Shown in pieces: positions 1 through 14,310 of a stretch of 64,000 nucleotides of DNA. Under the pieces are notes generated by a model. It worked only from the letters and a program-made list of their open reading frames with translations, searched no databases and was not told where the DNA came from. Every line of letters starts with the position of its first letter. Positions within the stretch are counted from its first letter, which is position 1. Made by a program: the position numbers and the translations under genes. Source of the DNA: Chiloscyllium plagiosum (Eukaryota); contig NC_057718.1 in assembly GCF_004010195.1 (NCBI RefSeq), positions 85,153,136 to 85,217,135 on the forward strand, given 5' to 3'.

Positions 1-243
1 GGCCTGAACACTCACTCACTCATTAAAAGCTATCCCTCTGGAACATGCCTTCTCGTTACCTCTTCTTCAAAACCTCTAACATATATCGCCAAAGTTATGA
101 CATTGATCTCCTGTCCAAAATTTCTTCAATTCTTGCTCAAAGGCATTCTTTCAAATGAGGACCACTAAAGATGTGTATAATGACAACGGTAAGCCATATA
201 TTGTAGAATAAAACAGTAGTTATATAAAGGGGTACAAGATCTA

Positions 244-396
<153 letters not shown>

Positions 397-1871
397 TTAG
401 CATAATGTCGTTATTTGGCACATAGGACTCTTCATCAGAAACAATAATGCAATACTTACCATCTACAATTAAATTCATTTACACTACATTGTGTAGTTTC
501 AATGCAATTTTTAAAAAAAATTTTGGATTGGATTTTAATTATTTTCCTTAGGAGATTCAGGTATTCAGTCATACTTTGCCATTCAATTAGATTTTGATCT
601 CCATTGCTCAGTATCTTTTAACTACCTTCTTCAACAAAATTCCATTGATTCAGTCTTCAAACTCCAACTCTCCCCCTAGAACTTCAGCTTTCTTAGGATA
701 AAGAATTCTAGACTTCTTCTGTGTCTTGCAGATCAATCCTCTGAGTTCCAAACTCAGGGAAATTTGTCATATCTGCAAGCCACCTTTGCAATTTAATTTT
801 CTAAATCTCTGATTCTGATTCAGATGCTCTGTATTCCCTTGAAAGCTTCCTCCCTGAGATGCAGTGCCAGAACTGAGCACATTACTTCAGGTAGAATCTG
901 ATGAAGGTATTGTACAATGGCTGCAGGATTTCAACTGCCTCATTGCATTCTAGCTCCCTCAAGATGAAGACCACCGTCCTTTTCACACCTGTATACTGGT
1001 AAGAGGTTTACAGTAGAATATAATTGGGAAAGCAAAACAGGAAAAGAAAAACAATGTCGAGGCAGTCTCAGGGTTGCAAACAGATTTTCTTAAATCCGTA
1101 CACAAACAATTTGCTTGCAAGTCAGAACACAATGCAGAACAATATCAAACAGCTGTTCATAACTATGGGAAAATGTTCATATGGCAGATCTTTAAAATTA
1201 GTATTAATACACGCCTGCATGGGATCAGGTTTGTAAGTATGAGCATTCATAAGTTGCACATTCATAGGTCAGTAACTGTCTATAATATTTTAGTATTGCA
1301 TCCTTTCAATGCACCATCAATTGAAGACAAAATTTGTTTCCTTTTCAGACTCTCAAGGCTTAGCAACCTGTATGAAGTGTGAACAACTTGAAGTCATTTT
1401 ATTGAACTGACTCAACACAGACAGACAGCACCACTATCTTTTGCTGTCAGGAATTGAGACAAAAATATTGTACCATAGAATGGTAGGTTATAGCTTTGAG
1501 GGGATGAAATTCATTAAATTTCTGAATCAAAAATATCAGAATATCTACTTGAAGAGAAACATTTGTAGAATTATGGGAAGGAAACAGGTTATTTGGGGCT
1601 AAGTGAATAGTTATTTCGGAGAGCTGACAAGAATGATGAGTGTTTTCTGTGTTGTGTGATTATATTAATACTTTCCCCATCTATTATTTTCACACAAAAG
1701 ATTCAAAAATATAGAACTCTCATCCCTCCAAACAAGCTGTGAAGGTTCAAGGGGCTGGAATAGTTGATTTCTGTTCCACTAACAAAAAAAAGTTATTTGG
1801 TTTGATAATGTGACTGAACTCTGTGGTTTATTCCTAAAGCTCCTATATATTACAGGTTAAGCAGTACATAC

Positions 1872-2003
1872 CTGAGTATCAACCCATCTGATGCCATCTG
1901 CGGTATGTTCAACCCGCCCATGGAAATGAACAGGGAGCATGTATTCAGGCCGTGCCTTTTCCCATGGGTTACCATAGCGTAGCCAATCATCAGCTTCCTC
2001 TAC
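1872..2003 (-). CDS. PYGB: PYGB coding exon 5 (132 nt)
   Basis: ttgc[46 protein letters not shown]|GTatgt; 'EYMLP' is PYGB-like. Confidence 0.95.
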
Positions 2004-4261
2004 CTGCAAGTAAAATGTTAAAAACTATTATTAAACAAAACAAATGAACTAAAAGGATTGCAAAGTATTATCTCCTATTGAATCTTTTTTTCTAAAGCAC
2101 TGTGCATTTTCTAGTTTAGAAACAAAAAATTAAAATGAATGTAAAAATATAAACTGCAAATACTAATTTTTGGTACAAGTATAAAGGAGTGGATTACATA
2201 GGCTATAAGACACTGGGACAGTTCACTCCACTTAAATCTACGTCAATATTATGCTCCACTGGTGTCTTCCCTGGAAAGCTGGTTAACTCAATTGGCTGGA
2301 CAGCTGATTTGGAATGCAGAATGATGTCGTCAGAACAAGTTCAATTGTGTCACCACAAAAGGTCCTGCTTTCTCAGCTGGTGACCTTGAGGCTAAACTCA
2401 CTATCAGTTGTCTCTGTCTAATGAGAGAGCAGCCAATGGTCCTATAGCAATTTTCATTTCATTCCTCACCTAAATCTATCATTGTAACCATCTATCATCT
2501 GCTTCCTCAAATGTTTATCTAGTTTCTCCTTAACAGCATTTATGTCATTTGCTTCAACCAGTCCTTATGGTAGCAAATTCCACATTCTTACCACTCTTTG
2601 GGTGGAGCTTCTTTGAATTACCTGTTGTATTTTGTGATGACTATCTAATATTAATGGCCTGTACGTTGTGGTCTTACCTAAAAGTGGTATAGTTCTTTCT
2701 GTATCCACTCTATAATTTTTAAAACCTCTATCAGATCTGCCTCAGACTTATTTTAGAGAAAGAAAAATATGTCCTAGTCAGAGAGATAAGCACAGACTAA
2801 GCCCATTCATCATTTCCTATATATACTCTTGTATTTCTATTATAATCATAGCAAATCTTCTCTGTGCCCTCTTCAGCCCAACTTTCCTAGCTCCTTCATG
2901 AGGTGGGCAATGGTGAGTCCGTTCAGAAAGACTGGAAACAAAAAGAGTTGCTTGACATCAAAAAAAAAAGGACCAATTTCCCTCCTAAGGTTTAAACAGT
3001 GCAGATGAAAATTTCACAACGAGCAGTGAGGCCTAATTTCACACAGTTATATCTCATTGTATATAAATGGAGGTGACATCAGGTACCAAATTTCCTATTC
3101 TCCCACTCAGCAGAGAGAGAAAAACTAAACAGATAATTTCTGACATGAAAGTCAGATCAGGTACCTGGCAGCTCCAGCTCAATGCTTGCTACTTTGAGCC
3201 TCCATCTTGGTCAGCAGTCCCCAGCATCTGAATGTACACTCCATGGACAGTGAGCATGTGCACGACCGATCCACAGAGATTGGCATCAGACATACACAAG
3301 CATTGTATCATGGTGCATTTCAAATTTACTTGGAACAGAGATCACCACTTCAGTGCTGAACCTAGGAATGCACCAACCCCTTACATTGCAATGATGCCCC
3401 AAGGCTGCTTTTCCCCACAGGGACAGGCACCCATCTCATGCTTTGGAAGAGGGTGCAAGGCTTTGGAATATGGTGTGCCAAACAACTCTCAGCTTGGTCT
3501 TTTAATGCTCACTCATTTCACACCTGCTAGAAGACTCACAAAATCTCTATCTTGTCTTGCTGCAATTTTACACCTTATTCAGAATTCCCAGTACTTCTAT
3601 TTGGACTTACCATTTAGCACTGACAACAGCAGGCAAGTTGTCATGGTTGTGAGCAGTTATCTGTCAAGGTGGAGCACAGATTTTTGCATGGCATTGTATT
3701 CCATCAATGTCACACCTACAGCATGTTTCAGCAGCTTACACAGCACATGCTTCAGCCAAATGGTCATGTCTCAAAGTCTATGGATAGTAATCTTTAGTCA
3801 AGTCAAAAAGGAGTGTTGTTAGTCAGGGGTATCACTGAAGCCAGTTAAGAACTGTGTTTGACCTCAGTCCAAGGCTCGGACACTGTCAATCAGCTATTTG
3901 GGGAAGTCAACGTCAAGGGTTCTGTATTGCCACAATATAGGGCGTGGGCAATAGTCAGTCCTGCCAGTCCAGTGCAAACAGTTCAGGGATTAGTACATTG
4001 TCAACTCCGGAGCTGCACTGATACCAGTTAGGATTCCAGTCACTCATCAGTCGAGGTTATCAGGCAGGGTGAAAGGTCATGGGCCACAATCAGTCCTGGG
4101 TGGTCCGCTCACTGAAACTCAAGGGGGATTATCAGGGGCCATCACTGTGGTAGAGGAGTTGAGAAAGTGAAATGTAGAAATTGCAGGCAGTACTTTGGGA
4201 TGCAAAAGGGACAAACTAGTTAAAGGAGAAAACTGAACCTAAGTGAGATTGATTTTGAATA

Positions 4262-5180
4262 ATGACTGGTCATGTTATAAAAAAGTGTCAGCTGCTCCCA
4301 ATGTTCTCCAAACAGAATAGTCTCTCAGGATGCAGAGAAGGTACGGCAGCCCCTCGAGCAGGAGCTCCTCAATGCCATTTGCTCCAGATGAGCATGGTGC
4401 ATTGCTGCCACAGACTTAAGATGCCCTGCAACACCATCATAAAATTATGCCATCTGCAGGACATGAGATTTGCAGCCTGAAGGGGTGGATAACTATCCAG
4501 GTCACGACTGTGTTAAATTTTTATTCAAATAGCTGCTTGCAATGTGGTGACCCAAGCAAAATCTCTCAGTCTTCAGCCCACAAATGTATCAAGGTTGTTG
4601 ACAATGCAATTCACGACAAATCACACCACTTTGTCTCATCTCCCTGTGATAAGGTCAGTGCTGCAGCTCAAACAGTAGGCTTCGTCAACATGGCTGGCTT
4701 ACCCCAGGTGCATGGTGCTATAGACCGTATACTTGTTGTGTTGAGAGCACCACATCCTAACATGGCTGACTTCATCAATGTAGGAATCAGCTGTGATCAT
4801 CAGTATCACATCCTAAAAGTGCTATGCCTTGTACCCTGGAAGGTTCTACATTGCCAGTATCTTGGAGAACTCTCATGTCCCTGCTTTGTTTCAGGGATCA
4901 ATCCTTACAAGGATGGTTACTGGGCGACAAGGGCTACCTTTCATAACCGTGGCCGATGATTCTACTATACAATCCTCTGAATACGGCCAACCATATTTGG
5001 CCCAACACATCCCATTCTTCTACCAGAACTATGGAGGAGCAGACAATGGACATCCTGAAGATGAGGTTCTGGTGTTTCAATTGGTCTTGGGGGACCTTAC
5101 ACTATAGTCCAGACAGAGTGTACCACATGGTGTGCCCTGCACAACTGGAGAATGCAGAGGAGGGGGGAGAAGAGAGGTGA
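4262..5180 (+). mobile_element. PIF/Harbinger transposase relic (HARBI1-like), frameshifted, in PYGB intron 4
   Basis: LLQMS...RLKM, VTTVLNFYS...ISQSSAHKCI...GFVNMAGLPQVHGAID, YPG...ILENSHVP, GWLLGDKGY, STRTMEEQTMDILKMRFWC...GTLHYSPDRV: the Harbinger DDE nuclease motif series spread over several frames. Confidence 0.85.
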
Positions 5181-6314
5181 TGGATGTAATTAGCTGAGCA
5201 CATAGTAGCAGTCCTCCAAGCAACAAGGTGAGAACATCAGGTAGGAAGAACATCAACTTCAGCTGTGCAGTTTTGGGCGCTACAAACCAGACAACATTTA
5301 ATTGACACCCACTTCCAATAAATAGTAGTTGGGTGAGTTGATCATTTGTTGCTGCTCGTTAATCAAGCAGTGCCTGTTAGTTCCCAGGAGCAAACACAAC
5401 CTTTTTTTGTTTGCTTTGTCTTTGCTTTTGCTAACATTTGAAAAATTTTAAGATTTGTAACTGTTTGAAGGTTTTCCAATTTGTGATGCTCCCACATTAA
5501 ACAATGATACATGGTGTTAGGGAAAATAGTAACACTCCCTTACACAGGGCTCTAACATGGTATAGGTTCAAGGATAGGTAGCTGTTGTGGTTTGATTCTT
5601 AATCTGCAGTTATTGGGCATTTCAATTCTAACCCATTAGAACTGATGGCTAGTTCTAGGTTTCCTTTTTTTTTAAAAAAAAAAGGAATGGCTGTGATTAC
5701 CTGTGGCACAGCTTTTAGAGATTGCAGTACTTGCATTTCAATATCCCTTTGTTCCACTACCCCAACAATTGGTTGCACTTTATAAATTAATGATCTTATT
5801 CTTCCTACAAGATGTACCACTTCATATTTATCTGTGCTGAACTTAATTTTCCAATTATTTGCTCCTTCTGTGAATTATCATCTTGTAATTTGTTGTACTC
5901 CTCCTCAATGTTAACTACATCCCCTGCCACACTCCTGTTAGTGTTTTCTGCAAATTTAGAAATTGTGTTTTTGAGAGGTATTTCTCATATCATATGAACT
6001 AAAGAATGCTGTATATATAGTATATTCTTGATTATTTAATCTCCATTTGACATCTCGCATGACACAATGGGAACAGTCTAGTCTCAGATCTTTGGAAATA
6101 CATTATATAACTTATTGCTTTAAGTGTGAATTGTAACTTAGTGGTAACTATTTCTCATCTCAGAGAGAAGATTATGGTCAAAAGATCACTACAGAGGCCT
6201 GAGCAATACTCTAGTCAATATTTATTCTCAAATAATAGCACTGGGATCACCACAAGGCACCAAATTGACAGCCACTGTTGTACAAATGACAACAATTCAA
6301 AAATAATAAATTGG

Positions 6315-9300
6315 TCATAGAGTCAGAGTCATAGAGATGTACAGCACAGACCAGACCCTTTGGTCCAACTCATCCATGCTAACCAGATATTCCAACCCAA
6401 TCTAGTCCATTTGCCAACACTAAGCCCATATCCCTCTAAACCCTTCCTATTTATATACCCATTCAGATGCCTTTTAAATGCTGCAATTGTACCAGCCTCC
6501 ACTACTTCCTCTGGCAACTCATTTCACGAGTCATAGAGATGTACAGCAAAGACCAGACCCTTTGGTCCAACTCATCCATGCCAACCAGATATTCTAACCC
6601 AATCTAGTCCATTTGCCAACACTAGGCCCATATTCCTCTAAACCCTTCCTATTTATATACCCATTCAGATGCCTTTTAAATGCTGCAATTGTACCAGCCT
6701 CCACTACTTCCTCTGGCAACTCATTTCACACACACATCACCCTCTGTGTGAAAATGTTGCCCCTTAAGTCTCTTTTAGATCTTTTCCCTCTCACCCTAAA
6801 CCTATGCCCTCTAGTTCTGGACTCCCCAACCCAGGGAAAAGACTGTCTATTTATCTTACCCATGCCCCCTCATGATTTTATAAACCTCTATAAGGTCACC
6901 CCTCAGCCTCTGACATTCCAGGGAAAATAGCCCCAGCTTATTCAGCCTCTCCCTTTAGCTCAAATCCTCCAATCCTGGCAACATCCTTGTAATATTTTCT
7001 GAACCCTTTTAAGTTTCACAACATCCTTCCGATAGGAAGACTAGAATTTCACGCAATACTCCAACAGTGGCCTAACCCATGTCCTGTGCAGCTGCAACAT
7101 GACACCCCAACTCAGGTACTCAATACTCTGACCAATAAAGCAAAGCATACCAAACACCTTCTTCACTATCCTATCTACCTGCGACTCTACTTTCTTGGAG
7201 CTATGAACATCCACTCCAAGGTCTCTTTGTATAACAACACTCCCCATGACCTTACCATAAGTGTACAAGTCCTGCTAAGATTTGCTTTCCCAAAATGCAG
7301 CACCTCACATTTGTCTAAATTAAACTCCATCTCCCACTCCTTAGCCCATTGGCCCATCAGATCAAGATCCTGTTGTAATCTGAGGTAACCTTCTTCGCTG
7401 TCCACTACACCTCCAATTTTGGTGTCATCTGCAAACTTACTAATTATACCTAATGTTCACATCCAAATCATTTATATAAATGACAAAAAGTAGTGGACCC
7501 AGCACCAATCCTTGTGGTGCCCCACTGGTTACAGGTCTCCAATGTGAAAAACAACCACCCTCTGTCTTCTAACTTTGAGCCAGTTCTGTATCCAAATAGC
7601 TAGTCCTCCCTGTATTCCATTAGATCTAACCTTGCCAACCAGTCTCCCATGGGGAACCTTGTCGAACGCCTTACCGAAGCCCATATAAATCAGGTCTGCT
7701 GCTCTGCCCTCATCAATCCTCTTTGTTACTTCTTCAAAAAGCTCAATTAAGTTTGAGATATGATTTCCCATGCACAAAGCCATGCTGACTACCCCTAATC
7801 AGTCCTTGCCTTTCCAAATAAGTGTAAATCCTGTCCCTCAGGAGTCCCTCCAACAACTTGCCTACCAACGACGTCAGGCTCACCAGTCTATGGTCCCCTG
7901 GCTTATCCTTAGTACCTTTCTTAAATAGTGGCACCACGTTAACCAACCTCCAGTCTTCCAGCACCTCACCTATGACTTTCGATGATACAAATATCTCAGC
8001 AAGGTGCCCAGCAATCACTTCCCTAGCTTCCCACAGAGTTCTAGGGTACACCTGATCAGGTCCTGGGGACTTAACCACCTTTACCAGTTTCAAGACATTC
8101 AGCACTTCCTCCTCTGTAATATGGACATTTTTCAAGATGTCACCATCTATTTCCCCACATTCTATATCTTCTGTGTCCTTCACCACAGTAAATCCTGATG
8201 CAAAATACTCGTTTAATATATCCACCATTTCCTGCAGCTCCACACAAAGCCCTACTGATCTTTGAGGGGCCCTATTCTCTCCCTAGTTACCTTTTTGTCC
8301 TTAATGTATTTGTTAAAAGCCTTTGGATTCTCCTTCACCTTATTTGCCAAAGCTCTCTCATGTCTCCTTTTCGCCCTCCTGATTTCCTTCTTAAGTATAC
8401 TCCTACTTCCACTATACTCTAAGTATACTCTCATAATATCTTGTCTATGACTGACATATACTACTTTCTTTTTCTTAACCATACCCTCAATTTCTCTTGT
8501 TATCCAGCATCGCTTACACCTACCAGCCTTTCCTTTCACCCTAACAGGAATAATATTGCCTCTGGACTTTCATCACCTCATTTCTGAAGGCTTCCCATTT
8601 TCCAGCCATCCCTTTACGTGCAAATGTTTGACCCCAATCAGCTTTTGAAAGTTGTTGCGTAATACTGTTAAAATTAGTCTTCCTCCGATTTAGAACTTCA
8701 ACTTTTAGATTTGGTCTATCCTTTTCCTCACTATTTTAAAACTTATGGAATGATGGTCGCTGGCCCCAAAGTGCTTTCCCACTGACCTCAGTCACCTGCC
8801 CTGCCTTATTTCCCAAGAATAGTCAAGTTTTGCATCTTCTCTAGTAGGTACATCCACATACTGAATCAGAAAATTTCTTGTACACACAAATTCCTTTGCA
8901 TCTAAACCCTTTACATTATAGCAGTCCTTGTCCATATTTGGAAAGTTAAAATCCCCTACCATAGCCACCCTATTATTCTTAGAAAACTGAAATCTCCTTA
9001 CCAATTTCTCAATTTCCTGCTGACTATTAGTGGGTCTATAATACAATTCCAATGAGGTGATCATCCCTTTCCTATTTCTCAGTTCGACACAAATAACTTC
9101 CCTGGATATATTTCTGGGAATATCTTCCCTCAGTACAGCTGTAATGCTATCCCTTATCAAAAATGCCACTCCCCCCTCCTCTCTTGCCTCCCTTTCTGTC
9201 CTTCCTGTAGCATTTGTATCCTGGAACATTAAGCTGCCAGTCCTGTCCATCCCTGAGCCATGTTTCTGTAATTGCTGTGATATCCCAGTCCCACGTTCCT

Positions 9301-10010
9301 AACCATGCCCTGAGCTCACCTGCCTTCCCTGTTAGGCCCCTTGCACTGAAATACAGTTAAAAATTTATCAGCCCTACCTTGTTGTCTGCTTTTTCCCTGC
9401 CTGCTTGACTCGCTTCTTTTCTCAACTGTACCAGTCTTACACTGATCTCTTTCCTCACTATCTACCTGGCCCCACCATCCCCACCTTAAATCCTCCTGAG
9501 CAGCTCCAGCAAATCTCTGTCAGTATGTTAGTCCCCTTCCAATTCAGGTGTAATCCATCCTTCTTGTACAAGTCACATCTACGCCTGGAGAGATTCCAAT
9601 GATCCAAAAATGTGAATTCTTCTCCCATACACCAGTTCCTCAGTCACGCATTCATCTGCTCTATCCTCCTATCCCGATCTTCAGTAGCGCGTAGCATCGG
9701 GAGCAATCCAGGTATTACTACCCTCGACGACCTCCTTTTTAAATTTGTGCCCAACTTTCTATATTTTCCCTTCAGAATCTCATCCTTTTCCCTTCCTAGG
9801 TCATTGGTTCCAATGTGTACAATGACCTCCTGCTGGGTCCTCTCCCCTTTGAGAATATTCTATGCTCCTTTTCAGACTCCTTGTTCCTGACACTAGGGAG
9901 GCAATACACCATTCTGATTTTTCGCTACTGGCCACAGGAATATCTGTCTGTGCCTCTGACTTGAGGGTTCCCTAACACAATTGATCGCTCGGTACCCGAT
10001 CCGCCGGTCC
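6315..10010 (-). mobile_element. CR1-clade LINE, degraded, near full length (ORF1 esterase region, endonuclease, RT, 3' tail)
   Basis: QEVIVHIGTND (SGNH/GDSL-type ORF1) near 9800-9830; GGVAFLIR/YYRP/VGDFNFP (APE); KSPGPD, KAFDKVPHGRL, FADDTK (RT); ctctatgactc tail. Confidence 0.9.
6326..6729. repeat. Tandem duplication, 2 x 202 bp, of a CR1 3' end
   Basis: 6326-6527 and 6528-6729 are nearly identical. Confidence 0.9.
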
Positions 10011-11645
10011 TGGTAGGTCATGAAAGGTGGTTTATAAATGCCAGTTCCTTTACTTTTTATTTTATCAGATTGCGCAGGAGCAACCTCGAATGAGTCATCC
10101 TTTTATCTGTAACAGGCCACATTGTTTTAACTTTGGACTGAAATTATTTAAATTCAGTTGCCCATTTTTCTCAAAGGGGAAAACAAAGATGTTTGTAGAA
10201 TACTAGTTTTCAGAAGAGTTCTGATGAAGAGTCACTGGATTCATAATATTAACTCGGTTTTCTCCCACAGAAAAAGACTGAGCCCAGGGTCCAACAAATT
10301 AACCAATGAACTAAAGACTAGTTGGCATTCTACAAATAACACTGAGGCATTATCGAAGAAAGGAAAATAGACTGTAGAACCAACCTAGCTAACTTTTAGA
10401 TTTTGGGCTAGTGTTACAGAATTATATTCTTCAGATGATTCCCTCTTGCTCCTTCCCCCACTCATAATATTTGTGATTGTCTATTAGTCTTGGTGTGTGC
10501 ATATGTTGGATACAGATAGAAGTTTTAAAAGGGCAATATTTAAGTTACATAAATTAGAAATATTTTCCTTTTACCATTTTTGTCTAAATTATACAGGCTA
10601 TAGATTAATAATTCATCAGGTCTACTTTTTCCTTTTGCTTAAAATAGTTTGACTATAATAAATAGTTACTTTCTTGTTCAGGTAAAAAAATATTTTCTGT
10701 ATATTTGATAATTACTGGAAAAGGAAGCACAAATAGCAACGCCTGATTAACTCATAACTACATTGTGAATGCAGACAGGATAACAAGATGAACTTCATTT
10801 CCATGAATACTGTATTTGGAAAAATCAATGATTTATTAACCACTAAGTTATAAAGTAGCTAGCAGGCATTAATTAGAATTCACTTTTGCTCCTATAAATA
10901 GGCACAGACTGAAACAGTGATTGTTGGTTGAGCAGGTGCATGCTCAGAAATGGACGTACATGTCTATAGTAGTAGGTACAAATAGACTTTACTTCATTCT
11001 TTCAGTTGACTTCTGGAGTACAATACGACTTAATATGGAAGTGTTTCCAAATTATAGACTGGCGCACTCTGTGTAAGAGATTACTTTTTGTATCTATCTA
11101 CTGCAATTTGCTAATCAGTATGCATATGCCTCTGAAATACTTCAGAACCTCCCCATTTCCTAATAATATCCAATCTATCCTGTTATCATTCAAAATGGAT
11201 CACCTCACACCTGCTAATATTGAAACTTATTCGCCAATTTCATGTGCTTAGTATCGCGCTCTCTGTAATGTTACGCTCCTAATGTACTATGAGCATATCT
11301 TTCTGTAGTTAGCATGTGACTCTACTTTGCTATTTAAGCTATGAAGAATTTTAAGTTAATACTTCAGGTCCCAGTACAGATCCTCACGGCAGACCACTAA
11401 ACTCCTCTTTCCAATTATACATCCATCAACCACACTCTTGTCTGTTGTCATCTAACTGGTTCTCTAAACAGCTCAATGATTGCTTTCAATTCCAAAATCT
11501 TTAATTTTAGCTACTCAGACACCAATCTGTAGAATTATTGTATATCAATCACATTAGTAATGCACAAGTGGTGGCTTAGATTCTGCTTGCTTACATATGT
11601 AGGAACCAACTGAAAAATTATCGATGGTTGGAGGTTTACAATATA

Positions 11646-11790
11646 CAGAGAATATCTGGCACTCGATTAACTGAATTCTGGATTATCCGAACAAGATCAC
11701 AAAGTCCCAATGCTTAGCTAACTATGTTATCCGGCTACTGAATGAAATACTCCCTGCCGGTGTCCTTCAGATAATCAAGGTTCCTCCATA
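11646..11790. mobile_element. Probable Tc1/mariner (Tigger-like) MITE
   Basis: TA-CAGAG...GATTATCCGAAC at left and TTCAGATAATCAAGGTTCCTCCA-TA at right (degenerate terminal inverted repeats). Confidence 0.5.
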
Positions 11791-11986
11791 CAGGGTGTTT
11801 CTCTTATGTAAAAGCTTATTAAGGATTAGGCTGCAGAGTTCTTTTCATCATCTACCATGCAAGAGGCGACAGCTTATTGGAAGTTAGATCTATGTGAATT
11901 AACCAAACAACAATAATCAATGATCTCATATTACACGCTTTTGTTCAACAGATCATTAAAGAATTCAATTATTCCAGAAAACTCAC

Positions 11987-12090
11987 CTGCCAGCCATTAT
12001 GAATCTTCTGATTAAAAATACCAAATTCATAGCGAATTCCATAGCCATATGCTGCCAAACCCAGTGAGGCCATTGAATCAAGGAAGCAGG
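11987..12090 (-). CDS. PYGB: PYGB coding exon 4 (104 nt)
   Basis: aatttAG|(A)[34 protein letters not shown]|GTgagt; phase matches exon 3. Confidence 0.95.
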
Positions 12091-12575
12091 CTAAATTCAA
12101 GAATAAAAATAAATTAGCCAAAACGCTAGCTTTCACTTTCCAATGGTTGGTCACATTATAATAAATAGAATGGCAGAGTTTTCATTTAGTGGCACTGGTT
12201 TTGCATTGCAATATACCTGAACTTGGTTAACCCAGTGCAAAAGATCAATGCATTTTAGGTGTTACACCCAGTCTGAATTATTTAGATGGTCACTTGAGCT
12301 GTTTGAAAAAGAAATGTAGAGCTGGAAGCTGTCCCCCTCCAAAAGGAAAACTGGCTACACTACCCCAATTTGAATTAATCGCTATCAAGCACTTTTGCCA
12401 AATGCATCATTTGCACCTTCCAGGAGCCTTTTTTTTTAGCTGAAGGATATTTAATTTTGCATTTACATTTTTAAAAACCTGACAATTACATGCCAGTAAA
12501 CAAAAAAAACTCTACAGAATTATTTTAAAGTTTTTGATAATCATATTACTCACATGGTGAATTAAACACCTATTA

Positions 12576-12737
12576 GGTCTGCAGATGCTGGAGATCAGAG
12601 TTGAGAGAGTGTTTTGCTGGAAAAAGCACAGCAGGTCAGGCAGCATTCCTGACGAAGGGCTCCGGCTCGAAACGTTGATTTTCCTGCTCCTCGGGTGCTG
12701 TCTGACCTGCTATGCTTTTCCAGCAACACACACTCAA
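12576..12737. mobile_element. Penelope terminal-repeat fold-back element
   Basis: Inverted arms (gctggaaaaagcacagcaggtcaggcagca / tgctgtctgacctgctatgcttttccagc); core CTGACGA-AGGGCTCCGGCTC-GAAAC-GTT at 12649-12676. Confidence 0.75.
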
Positions 12738-12989
12738 TATATTATCATCTGGGATCAACAGTGGCATCAAACAATTGGAGTAAAAAAGCAGCAGTACATC
12801 AGCCCTCCTGCAGAAATAGTGCCTAATCCCATTACAGTCAATAAAATTGCATCAGATGCTGTAGAGAACAGGCAGCCAATCTGACACTTTCCATTTTGTG
12901 CCATCACAGTGAATGAATTTCTACCCCATCATTTTTGTGATAAACCCAATTCCAGCTGTATTAAAAAACTGATGAACATAAATACATTA

Positions 12990-14310
12990 CAGTCATAGAG
13001 TCATAGAGATGTACAGCACAGGAACACACACTTCAGTCCAACTCGTCCATGCCGACCAGATATCCCAAACCAATCTAGTCCCACCTGCCAGCACCCAGCC
13101 CACATCCCTCCAAACCCTTCCTATTCATATACCCATCCAGATGCCTTTTAAAATATTTCAGTCGTACCAGCCTCCACCACTTCCTCTGGCAGCTCATTCC
13201 ATATACGTACCACCCTCTGCATGATAAAGTTGCCCCTTAGGTCTCTTTTATATCTTTCCCCTCTCACCCTAAACCTATGCCCTCTAGTTCTGGACACCCC
13301 TACCCCAGGAAAAAGGCCTTGTCTATTTATCCTATCCATGCCCCTCAATTTTGTAAACCTCTAATGTCACCCCTCAGCCTCCGACGCTCCAGGGAAAACA
13401 GCCCCAGCCTATTCAACCTCTCCCTTTAGCTCAAATCCTCCAACTCTGGCAACTTCCTTGTAAATCTTTTCTGAGCCCTTTCAAGTTTCACATCATCCTT
13501 CCGACAGGAAGGAGACCAGAACTGCATGCAATACTCCAACAGTGGCCTAATCAATGTCCTGTACAGCTGCAACATGACCTCCCAACTCCTGTACTCAATA
13601 CTCTGACCAATAAAGGAAAGCATACCAATTGCCTTCNNNNNNNNNNNNNNNNNNNNNNNNNNNNNNNNNNNNNTGAAAAACAACCCTCCACCACTACCCT
13701 CTGTCTTCTACCATTGAGGCAATTCTGTATCCAAATGGCTAGTTCTCCCTGTATTCCATGAGATCTAACCTTGCTAGGCAGTCTCCCATGGGGAACCTTG
13801 TCGACTGCTTTACTGAAGTCCATATAGATCACGTCCACTGTTCTGCCCTTATCAATCCTCTTTGTCAACTTCTTCAAAAAACTCAATCAAGTTTGTGAGA
13901 CATGATTTCCCACGCACAAAACCATGTTGACTATCCCTGATCAGTCCTTGCCTTTCCAAATACATGTACATCTTGTCCCTCAGGATTCCCTCCAACAACT
14001 TTCCCATGACTGACATCAGGCTCACCGGTCTATAGTTCCCTGGCTTGTCCTTACCACCTTTCTTAAACAGTAACATCACATTAGCCAATCTCCAGTCTTC
14101 AGGCACCTCACCTGTGGCCGTCATTGATAGAAATATCTCAGTAAGAGGCCCAGTAATCACTTCCTTAACTTCCCACAGAGTTCTAGGGTAAACCTGATCA
14201 GGTCCTGGGGACATCCAGCACTTCCTCCTCTGAAATATGGACATTTTTCAAGATGTCACCCTCTATTTCCCTACATTTTATATCTTCCATGTCCTTTTCC
14301 ACAGTAAATA
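12990..14310 (-). mobile_element. CR1 LINE 3' part, with assembly gap 13637-13673
   Basis: PGNYRPVSL, SQHGFVRGKSCLTNLIEFFEEV, LYRTLIRPLLEYC; CTCTATGACT tail. Confidence 0.9.

Noticed and set aside
4262..5180. Domesticated HARBI1 gene
   Set aside because: Several frameshifts and stops, and altered catalytic-motif neighbours (GAIDRI), indicate a dead transposon copy.
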